Source: Octopus sinensis (lineage: Eukaryota). From it: a DNA stretch of 64,000 nucleotides. Positions 14,871-28,699 of this stretch are shown here, one piece after another. The stretch's first letter is position 1. Each line of letters begins with the position of its first letter. The position numbers were made by a program, and so were the translations under genes. Under the pieces are notes generated by a model, which made no database searches, was not told the DNA's origin, and saw only the letters and a list, made by a program, of their open reading frames with translations. The stretch covers positions 42,284,001 to 42,348,000 of the forward strand of contig NC_043012.1 in assembly GCF_006345805.1 (NCBI RefSeq). The letters are read 5' to 3'.

Positions 14871-16031
14871 TCTCTTATTATAAAAGGCAGATTTTATCTG
14901 CCTCCCTTTGGGAGTTATACAAATCTACAATATAGGATTTCTTCAATTACAATTTACCTAGCAGTTTTAAGAGTACAATGCATCGCGTCATGCCAGGTCC
15001 AGTTTTTTAAATTTAAACTCCAATTAAGCAAAATTTACAGAAAACTCACATTCTGGTGTGTGTGTTAAATGCTTTTCTTAGTCTGGTTTACACCACACGC
15101 AAACGCACACACACAGTGGGCAACAAATAAAATGAAAGTAAATGTAATATTTGTTTCTGTCTATCACGCTGATAGATACATGAGTAAAATGTATGGGAAG
15201 CTAACAGATAACAGTGAGTGAAAATGTTCTTGGAAGAGAGTAAATTAGCGACAGTGATTTGAGGAAGACTAAACTGAAACTATGAAACAGTGTTTATGTA
15301 TAAACAGACGACACTTATATAAACCCTTTCGTTACCAAACCGCCCGAATTTACCTATTCATATTTAAATGAGAATATCAGAGTAAATCTCTTTAGTACAT
15401 TCGTGAAAACACGTATTATACTTCGTAAACACTTCAAATACAGTTTTGTACAAAAATCGAAGTGTAATTTTAATTCCGTGAATTATGGGAGATTTTTTTT
15501 CCGAAATTTGTTCCTATTGTGTTTTCAAAATTTGTAATTCTGATAAAAAATGGATACGAATTTCATTATATCAAGCAGCGAGTCAGAATTCGAAGGATTT
15601 TCTACTGAAGACCTTCATAAATCTAACTCTATGACTGAAAAAAAAAGCATCTTTATATAAGAGTGAAGTTGTGTGTCTGTCCCCTTCGATTTACATTCGT
15701 AATTACTCCCACATTTTGCGGTGCAGTTTAACCAAAAGCGGGTATCTTATAGTCATGATTCATATCGAGCCCTTCTGGGTATTAGCGCGCGTCTACAATG
15801 AGTCTACGATTTAAAAAAAATTTACCATCATATTTTTCCATTTTAATGCATTTTTTTCGCTTTTATATAAGGGAAGTAACTCTCTAAAAATATCTACGAT
15901 GTGTCAACGATTAAAAAAAAATTTACCTTAATTTTTTTTCAATTTTTAATGCATTTTTTTTTGCTATTTTTTGGCTATAACTCTCTAAAAATGCTTATAT
16001 AGTTATTTCCCTTACAACCCGATACTGCTAG
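14871..16031 (+). mobile_element. Composite non-autonomous Helitron, head-to-tail with the previous one
   Basis: TC start, CTAG|T end with a partly deleted hairpin. The 3' ~380 bp is homologous to the 14234 element. Confidence 0.8.
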
Positions 16032-16141
16032 TATATATATATATATATATATATCATATGTATATATATATATGTAAATATATATATCATATGTATATAT
16101 ATATATATATCATATGTATATATTTGTTTTGTTTTTTTGTT

Positions 16142-16359
16142 TTTCCAGTTTCAGCTCTTGAGCTGTGGCCATGCTGGGGCACCGCCATTGTGGTGAATGA
16201 GTACAGCAGGGATCACCACCCCCTGCCGGAGCCTCGTAGAGCTTTTTTTTTTTAGGTGTTTTCGCTCAATAAACACACACAACGCCCAGTCTGAGAATCG
16301 AAACCGCGATCCTGCGACCGCGAGTCCGCTGTCCTAACCACTAGGCCATTGCGCCTCTA
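16142..16359 (-). mobile_element. Young tRNA-derived SINE
   Basis: Minus strand begins gaggcgcaaTGGCCTAGTGGttagg (A box) ... gcgGTTTCGATTCtc (B box). CpGs are retained; there is no full cloverleaf. Confidence 0.75.
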
Positions 16360-18687
<2,328 letters not shown>

Positions 18688-18693
18688 TATATC

Positions 18694-18735
<42 letters not shown>

Positions 18736-18881
18736 TATGTATATATATATATCATATGTATATATATATATATATCATATGTATATATATATATATATCA
18801 TATGTATATATATATATATATATCATATGTAATATATATATATATATATCATATGTATATATATATAATATATATCATATG

Positions 18882-18917
<36 letters not shown>

Positions 18918-19071
18918 TCATATGTATATATATATATATATCATATGTATATAATATATATATATATACATAGATATATATATATATATATATATATACC
19001 ATGATATATATATATACATATGAGATATATATATATATATACATATGATATATATATATATATATCATATG

Positions 19072-19104
<33 letters not shown>

Positions 19105-19105
19105 C

Positions 19106-19139
<34 letters not shown>

Positions 19140-19256
19140 CATATGTATATATATCATATATATATATATCATATGTATATATATCATATGTATATATATA
19201 TATATATATCATATGTATATATATATATATCATATGTATATATATATATGTATATC

Positions 19257-19292
<36 letters not shown>

Positions 19293-19389
19293 TATATATA
19301 TATATATATATATATATCATATGTATATTATATATATATCATATGTATATATATATATATATGTATGAGGTGAAAAGGAACACACGAGT

Positions 19390-21402
19390 TGATATATATG
19401 AAAAAACAAGTAAAAAATAGAAAATGCTAAAATAATTTTTTTAAGTGAACATTTCAGTACCGGTTTCGGTCATTTTGAGACCTTTTCAACTGTAACGATT
19501 AAATAATTAAATTTAGAAAAATTAGAAGAAAGTTTTTTTAAAGGAATATTTCTATAGTAGTGTTCAGATTTAAGTGGCATTCTGCCTTTCTCTGACTCCC
19601 TTGTTTGCACTTGTGTGTTGGAGCTCGTTGTGAGTTCTTGGTAGGGTAGTAGAGGAAGAAGGCTGATGAGGAAAGGGGGTGGGAGAATCTGGGAGTGCCA
19701 AAGGGGGTGGGAGAATCTGGGAGTGCCATTAAGAAAGCTAATAATATAATAGAAACATACATATATTATAAGCCTACAGACTCTAAGCAATATCTTCCAT
19801 TCAATTCATGCCACCCCAGACACACCAGGATGAATATCCCCTTCAACCTAGCAAAAAGGATATGCACTATAGTCTCGAACGCAAACACCAGAGACACAAG
19901 ACTACAAGAACTAAAAGATACCCTTATCACCAGGAACTACCCACCTTCACTTATTGACAAGTGCATTCAACGTGCCCTTCAACTTAACATCAAGGAACTG
20001 AGACATCCCAAATCAAAGAAAAACTTACAACCAAAAGCCTTACCATACATCTCCACACACAACCCTCTCAATAACGAAGCCTTCGGCACCATCCTCCACA
20101 ACATACCCCTCCTAAAAAAAGACCACAGAATGAACACAATCCTCCAAACATACACGATCATAAAAAGCAAGAGACAGCCTAAATCCATGAAAAATCTCCT
20201 AACACAAGCCCGAATTCACTCTTCAACACAGAAGCCAACAGTAAAAAAATGTGGAAGACCCAATTGCGGGATATGCAACTATCTAATTGAGGGATCAGAG
20301 TTCTCCTTCAAACAGGGACAACGGTTTACAGTGAAAAGCAACTTCACATGTGCTTCGGAGAACCTAATATACTCACTAACCTGCTCCGGGTGTCAAGAGC
20401 AGTACATAGGCCAAACAAAAAATAGTTTGCGTAAACGAATGGCCCTGCACAGATCCCAGATAAAAATTCCCCAAAACAGAAAAATAGCTTTTAGCCAACA
20501 CATAGATACTTGCGCCAACAAAAAAACACCAAGCTTCAGGATTTTCCCCCTCTACCAATTTAGGGACGATACAACAGACAACGAATAAGTAAAGAAACTC
20601 TCTTCATTGCAAAATACAGGCCACGACAAACAATTAATATACCTCAACTTTAGAATAAAAAAAATATTCACACACAAATATTACATTCCAAAGAATCCAT
20701 TACTAATCACAGCTAAAATCACAGCTACAATCCATAATATGCCAACTTCAAGTCATACAACACCTCACTACTTTAACCCATTCATATTCTCCCTTCTCTG
20801 TTTTTTTCTTCTTCTTCCTCTTCTTCTTCATCATCATCATTATCATCATCGTCGTCATAATCATCACCACCATCACCACATCGCCATCTTCTCCTTCTCC
20901 TTCTTCTTCTTCTTCATCATCATCATCATCATCATCAACATCGTCATCTTCTTCTTCTTCTTCTTCTTCTTCTACTTCTCCACCTTCTACCCCTTAACTT
21001 TGTCAATAATGTTTTTTAGTATAACACCTACGCAAATTCTATAAACAAGCCTTTCAATAGAAATATTCTCCTGAATTGTACTGCGACTGCCAGCCGCCAC
21101 TGACCATTCAAAATACAACCATCAGGGCACTCCCAGATTCTCCCACCCCCTTTCCTCATCAGCCTTCTTCCTCTACTACTCACAACGACCTCCAACACAC
21201 AAGTGCAAACAAGGGAGTCAGAGAAAGGCAGAATGCCACTTAAATCTGAACACTACTATAGAAATATCCTTTAAAAAAACTTTCTTCTAATTTTCTAATT
21301 TAATTATTTATCGTTACAGTTGAAAAGGTCTCAAAATGACCGAAACCGGTATTGAAATGTCACTATAAAATTATTTTAGCATTTTCTATTTTTGACTTGT
21401 TT

Positions 21403-21408
<6 letters not shown>
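19390..21408 (+). mobile_element. 5'-truncated Penelope-like element with inverted 5' pLTR
   Basis: ORF 19695-20588 has the RT C-terminus (YYKPTDSKQYL...SCHP), a Cys linker (CGRPNCGIC) and a GIY-YIG endonuclease (NLIYSLTCSGCQEQYIGQT...R...H). 19390-19699 is the reverse complement of 21126-21408. Confidence 0.93.
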
Positions 21409-21457
<49 letters not shown>

Positions 21458-21491
21458 TAATATAGGTAGATATATATATATATATCATATG

Positions 21492-21558
<67 letters not shown>

Positions 21559-21564
21559 TATATC

Positions 21565-21602
<38 letters not shown>

Positions 21603-21642
21603 TATGTATATATATATATATCATATATATATATATCATATG

Positions 21643-21677
<35 letters not shown>

Positions 21678-21964
21678 TCATATGTAGATATATATATATA
21701 TATTATATATATCATATATATATATATCAATGTATATATATATATCATATGTATATATAGATATCATATGTATATATATATATATCATATGTAATATATA
21801 TATATCATATGTATATCTATATATATATATATATATATATATAGATATATATCATTGTATATATATATATATATCATATGTATATATATATATAGATATA
21901 TATATATATATCATATGTATATATTCTATATGTATTATATAATATAATATATATATATATCATA

Positions 21965-21998
<34 letters not shown>

Positions 21999-22030
21999 CA
22001 TATGTAATATATATATACATATTATATATC

Positions 22031-22070
<40 letters not shown>

Positions 22071-22248
22071 TAGTATATATATATATACATATATATATCA
22101 TATGTATAATAATATATATATATATCTATATATATATATATCATATGTATATATATATACATATATATAGATCATAGGTATATATATATATATATGTATA
22201 TTATATATATCATATGTATATATATATATATATATCATATGTATATTA

Positions 22249-22279
<31 letters not shown>

Positions 22280-22595
22280 GTTATATATATAGATATATAT
22301 ATATAATATTATATCAATGTACATATTATATATATATTATATAGATATCATATGATATATATATATATATATATATATATCATATGTATATATATAATAT
22401 ATATATATATATAATCCTATGTATATAGATATATATATATATATATATATAGTATATATATATATATCATATGTATTAATAATAATATATATATATTATA
22501 TAATACTAAATATATATATCACTATGTATATTTATATATCATTATGTATACTATATATATATATATTCATATGTATATATATTATATTTCTTATG

Positions 22596-22626
<31 letters not shown>

Positions 22627-22688
22627 CTATATATATATCATATATTATATATATTATATATTATATCATATATATATATATATAATTA

Positions 22689-22745
<57 letters not shown>

Positions 22746-22756
22746 ATATATATATC

Positions 22757-22820
<64 letters not shown>

Positions 22821-22821
22821 C

Positions 22822-22860
<39 letters not shown>

Positions 22861-22908
22861 TATATCATAGTATATATATATATATGTATATATGTATATA
22901 TATATATA

Positions 22909-24097
22909 CTAGCTGAAGGTGACCCGCTCTACACGTGAGTAAGAGTGTTGGTTGTTACTTTCTGTTGCTTCCTTTCAGCACGTAAAAAGCACCATCCGAA
23001 TGTGGCCGATTGCAGCGCTGCCTTGACTTGCTTCTGTGCCGGTGGCATGTAAAAAGCACCAACCGATCGTTGCCACAGCGAGCCCCCCTGGCACCTGTGC
23101 CAGCAGCACGAAAAAAGCACCTACTACACTCACAGAGTGGTTGGCGTTAGGAAGGTCATCCACCTGTAGAAACACTGCCAGATCAGACTGGAGCAGCCTC
23201 CTGGCTTCCCAGACCCCGGTCACACTGTCCAACCCGTGCTAGCATGGAAAACGGACGTTAAACGATGATGATGATGATGATGATTCTCCGTCTTCGTTTC
23301 TCACTCCTTTCTCTCTCACTTTCCCACTCTCTTACTTTTCTTTTCTCTCTGACTCTCCCTCGCTTTCTCTTACTCTCTATCTTTATCTATCTCTCTCCCA
23401 TTTATAAACAACAAAAGATCTTGAGTAAGTTGAGAAATAAAATATTTAGAAAGATCAATCATAAATATCAGGCAGTGGCAATGGAAAGGTCTGCTTCAAG
23501 GCAGACAGCAAAATGCTAACATTTAAAAGGGACAGACGAACTTAGGAGCTGAATAAAAATAATAAAATATTGGAAACCAAAGTTTGAAGAGATAGAATGT
23601 GAGGATAGTAGAGTCACCATGGCTGGCATTTCTTAACGACAGATAGCAACGTATTGACAGTTTAACGGCTGGCGTAAAATTTTGAACTTGATGTAAAAGA
23701 AAATTCATAAACACCAACTTTTGAAGTGATTCTTTCTCACGACAGTAGACTCACCATGGCAAGCATTCAAAACTTCTTTATCATGGACGGCAACACATTG
23801 ACGATTAAAAGGCTGGCGCAAATTTTTTAGCTTGAAGTAACAGAGAATTCCTAAACACCCGCTCCTTGAGATTTTAATCCCCTTCCAGCGCCATTTAGAC
23901 CCCTTTTCATATTTTGGTTAATATAACCCGATTTCATTCGGGTCTACTGGGGCCACATTTTATAAGATGAGGAATTTTGTCCTAGAGGTGACGCCTTTCA
24001 TTTGAGGAGAAAAATAGTTGTCATGCAAACTTGCCAGCACTTTTAACATAGGTGTGCATATTTTCAGCTGAATCGACCGACTACATAATGCACACAT

Positions 24098-24145
<48 letters not shown>

Positions 24146-24977
24146 CACGCATTATATATACAAATGTATACAAATGAGATATATATCTGTATAAATTAAA
24201 TTAGAGATAAAACTACTAATAGGCAAATCAAACAGTGAAAAACCAAAAACAAAAACATAAAAAAAAAATATAATACAGAAAATATATAAAATATAAAATT
24301 GAAAAATTTAAATTATTTAAATTGAAAATAAAAATTATTAAATTATATTTATAATTTGTTTAAAAATATATATAACTATGAAAAAGTATGAAAAAGTTTA
24401 ATATACATAAATACAGATATATACACTTTGTATATATACATATTTATATATAGAACACACACACACACACATACATTATATATACATATTTATATATAGA
24501 ACACACACACACACATACATTATATATACATATTTATATATAGAACACACACACACACACACACATATATAAATGAACGCAAGAATATCTGATTCATAAT
24601 ATTTGTTCTCATGCTCGTGTGTTGTTGGTGACAGACAGATACTTAAAAGAACGCCACCGAAGTGATGGGAAGGTAGGAAACAGAGTCAGTGAAAAAGAGA
24701 GGAAATAGCGAGAGTGACAGATACTTTAAATAACAGTAGTGGACCTCTCAAAGTTATAAATGAAGGGGAGTAAGAGAGGGAAAGGAGGAAATAGCGTGAG
24801 TGAGGAAGATGGCCCCTAGCAACCACACCTTTTAAGATAGGGATTTCTAAGGCAGCCCACGAGCATCGTCACCTCATTCTACATGTCCCTGTAAATTTTG
24901 GAGCAAATTGGACGGGACGTAGTGGCATTGAAAGCGATCCAAGCGGTAAAAACGCATTTCAGTTTTATATATAGAGA
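22909..24977 (-). mobile_element. Helitron-like non-autonomous element with an RTE 3' end inserted at 22975-23284
   Basis: Minus-strand 5' end TCTCTATATATAAAACTGAA resembles the 14234 start, and the 3' end is CTAG|T at 22909. The subterminal hairpin is degraded. Confidence 0.55.
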
Positions 24978-24989
24978 TATATATATATA

Positions 24990-25896
24990 TCATCATCATC
25001 ATCATCATTGTTTAACGTCCGTTCTCCATGCTAGCATGGGTTGGACGGTTCGTCCAGGGATCTGGGAAGCCAGAAGGCTGCACCAGGCTCCGGTCTTATC
25101 TGGCAATGTTTCTACAGCTGGATGCCCTTCCTAACGCCAACCACTCCGTGAGTGTAGTGGGTGCTTTTTACGTGCCACCTGCACTGGAGCCAGGTGAGGC
25201 TGGCATCGGCCACGGTCGGATTGGTGCATTTTACGTGCCACCTGCACAGAAGCCAGTCGAGGCGGCACTGGCTTCGGCCACGATTCGGATGGTGCTTTTT
25301 ACGTGCCACTGACACGGAAGCCAGACGAGGCGGCGCTGGCATCGGCCACGATTCGGATAGTGCTTTTTATGTATCTCCAGTCCAGGGGTCCTGGCATCTG
25401 CCAGGTGCCAGTCATAGGATTGGTTCAATTTCGATTCCGATTTCGATTTCACTTGCCCCAACAGGTCTTCGCAAGGCATAGGTGCCTGTCGTCGGATGAG
25501 GTTCGATATTGACTTCGCTTGCCTCAACAGGTCTTTGTGTGTCCAAGGGAGGAAAGGCATGCATAAGTGGGCTGGACTCACTTGTCCTGCCTAGTCTTTT
25601 CACGCACAGCATATTTCCAAAGGTCTCGGTCGCAGGTCATTTCCTCAGTGAGACCTAAAGTTCGAAGGTCGTGCTTCACCACCTCAGCCCAAGTTTTCCT
25701 GGGTCTACCTCTTCCACGGGTTCCCTCCACTGCTAGGGATTGGCACTTTTTCACACACCTATCTTCATCCATTCTCGCCACATGACCATACCAGCGCAAT
25801 CGTCTCTCTTGCACACCACAACTGATGCTCCTTAAGTCCAACATTTCTCTCAGGGTACTAACGCTCTGTCGAGCGTTAGTACCCTGAGAGAAATGT

Positions 25897-25898
<2 letters not shown>
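24990..25898 (-). mobile_element. 5'-truncated RTE LINE with fold-back at the truncation point
   Basis: ORF 25578-25870 (ERRLRWYGHVARMDEDRCVKKC...GRGRPRKTW), 3'UTR and (GAT)n tail. Confidence 0.9.
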
Positions 25899-25939
<41 letters not shown>

Positions 25940-27790
25940 CGGGAAGGTTTACAAAATAAACAAAAGACGAAGGCAGGTGGAGTACAAACAAATAATGTAT
26001 TAGTATGGCGCTCAGGAATAGAAATAAAACAAGTCTTTTACGTTTCGAGCCTACGCTCTTAGACAGAAAGATACACAGAAAAGAAACAAGAAGAGAAAAA
26101 AATTGCGTGTAGGGGCTAACGATCCAACATGGTGTTCTGATTTCAGAAGTCAGAGATCGGAGGTCAAACGTTAGAGGTCAGACGTTAGACGCTAGAGGGA
26201 TAGTAGGGGCGATAACAGGGTCTAGTGACCTTGCTCCAACCTGAAGGTGCATGTGTACATAAGAGAGTATGTATGTGCATGTGGAAGAGGGCTGGTGGTT
26301 TGGATGTGTGTATGTATGTATGATGTGATGTGTAATGTCGTATGGTGTAGTGTAGTGTGGTGTGGGGGAGAGTGAGAGGGGGAGAGAAGAGAGATGAGGG
26401 GAGGGGGGGGAGATGAGGGGGAGATGGAGAGGAGGAGAAGAGAAGGAGGAGGAGGAGAAAGAAGGAGAGGAGAAGGAAGGGGAAGGAGAGGGGAAGGAGA
26501 GGAGGAGGAGGGGAGAGGGAGAGGAGGAAGAGAAGGGGAGTGAGAGAGCAAAGAGAAAGAGAGAGGAGGAAGAGGGAAGAAGAAAGAAGAGGGAAGAAGG
26601 GAAAGGGGGGAAGAGGAGGGAAAGAGAGTAGGGGTGAAAAGATGAAGGACTGAAGAGAAGTAGGAGTCGGGGGGTGGGTTAGATGAAAAGGGGGGAGAGT
26701 TGAGATCAAATGGCGTAAAAGAGCGAAGAGAGAAGATTAATCCCTGTTCACGGCGCAAACGGGAATCCGGATGGCATCTGTGCAAGGACAATCCGAACAC
26801 AGACAGGTGTTCCAAGGAGTGACCGGTGGAGCAGAAATGACATGAGACCAGTGTATCATGGCAAGGCGGATGTCTCAGAGGTGTTCCGCGAACCGGTCAG
26901 CCAAGCAGTGTCCCGTTTGTCCAATATACAGGGAATGGCAGAGAGAGCAGGAGATGCAATAGATGATATTGCTGGAGGTGCAGGTGAAGGAGTCTAGGAT
27001 GCGATAGGGTCGGTGATGGGTGCCAGTGAGGAGGGTGGTGTTGGAGAGGTAAGGGTAAGTGCGGCAACGTGGGCGGGAACAGGGGAACAAGCCAGGTTGG
27101 GAGGTAGGGTCAGGGAAGAAGCTGTGGACCAAGAGGTCTCGTAGGTTATGGGCTCGTTTGAAAGAGGGGAGGGGTCGTTTAGGAAGAGGTGTGAAGTGGA
27201 CGGGTCAGACTGGAGATGCCAGAAAGCTTGAAGAATGGTGTGTTGGAGAGGTAGGGTGGTGGGGTGGTAAGTGAGGGGAAAGGGAGGCGGGAGACTGCAG
27301 AGCGGGTTCGGGAAGAGAGAGCAGATGCACGGTCTACGGAACGTGTTCTGGCAAGGGCAGTGTGGATAGCGGTGAGGGGATATCCACGTAGGATGAAGTG
27401 GCAAGCCATGATTTGAGACTGAGTCTCAAAGTCATGGTCGTCACTACAGAGCCTACGTAGACGGAGGAATTGGGAATAGGGGATGGAAAGCTTAGTGTGT
27501 TTGGGGTGGGAGGAAGAGAAGTTTAGGTATGAGTGTGAGTCTGTGTGTTTGTAGTGAATGGAGGTGGTAAGAGTGGAGTGATGAATGCTGACCGAAATGT
27601 CGAGGAAGGAGACAGAGGTGTAGGAGATAGTGGAGGTGATGTGGAGGGCAGGATGGAAGGATTGAACGAAAGAGAGGAAGAAATCTAGATGTTCACGGAA
27701 GAGTGAGGTGGCACCGATAATGTCGTCAATGTAACGACCGTATAGTTCGGGAGTGGGACCAGTGAAATTAGAGAATATTTGGGCACTCAT
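25940..27790 (-). mobile_element. Penelope-like element, second family, frameshifted
   Basis: RT motifs YGRYIDDI, FLDISV and YKHTDSHSYL...SSHP (27179-27793); GIY-YIG NIIYCISCSLCHSLYIGQTG...RFAEH (26875-27132); low-complexity CT-rich 3' region and terminal repeat. Confidence 0.92.
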
Positions 27791-28699
27791 CATTTAACAT
27801 CAAGATGTAGCGGGGACGACAAATGCAGACACAAAGACTATATACATATATACACATACACGACGGGCTTCTTTCAGTTTCCCCCTACCAAATCCACTCA
27901 CAAAGCTTTGGTTGGCCCGAAGCTGTAGTGGAAGATACTTTCCTAAAGTGCCATGCAGTGGGACTGAACATGGAACCATGGGGCTGAGAAGCAAACTTCT
28001 AACCTCACAGCCATATAAATGTAGGAGTAATTATAATAAATACAAGTTTATATCATTTGCTCCCCACACATGTGTCACTGGTGTAGTTCTCTGCAACCTC
28101 TGCATTGAATGCTTGAAGTGCAGCAGGATGCTGAACCACAATAGGTCAATGAGGGAACAATTTACAACATTATGTTACAGAAATTAATGAAATAAAGTGT
28201 TCCCCTGAAGACCCATTGAGATTAAGCATTCAAAACATCCTACACAGAGGTTCCAAACAATTTCAATGGCAAAATGTACTGGAACAAATGATATAAAATT
28301 TGTGTATCATAAGTTCTCCTACATTTACTCTGTATATCATAACGAATAATTCTTCTTGGTATACTAATAAACCATACCTCAATACTGATAGCAGACTGGA
28401 GGATGATAATCTATGTGGAGCTCTAAACACAACAGTAGCAATCATACATTTATTTGTACACACAATATATACTATATACATTATATATATAAAACAATGA
28501 TGATGCTAATCTTGGGAATATATCATCATTGTTTTATCAGCCTCGCTTTCCTCTATCTTCTATCTTTGCACGTATCATCATTATTCTTTCATTATTCTTT
28601 GATTAGTCTCTCATTATATTGTTCCTTCAGTACTCTCTCATTATATTATTCTTTCTTTCTTTCTTTCAGTATTCTCTCAGTATTCTCTCATTACTCTGT

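Noticed and set aside
16280-16359. tRNA gene candidate
   Set aside because: It has A/B boxes but no acceptor stem or cloverleaf, and continues into a SINE body.
19661-19700. Canonical CTGATGA followed by GGAAA as a hammerhead
   Set aside because: No stem II between CUGAUGA and GAAA and no stem I/III; it is antisense to the element.
25159-25375. Regularly spaced ~23 bp repeats with variable spacers, superficially CRISPR-like
   Set aside because: The spacers are homologous to each other, the array is a LINE 3'UTR subrepeat, the context is eukaryotic, and there are no cas genes.
26185-26815. Pro/Leu/Ser-rich and Glu/Arg-rich ORFs (also 33137-33707)
   Set aside because: Low-complexity CT/GA tracts.
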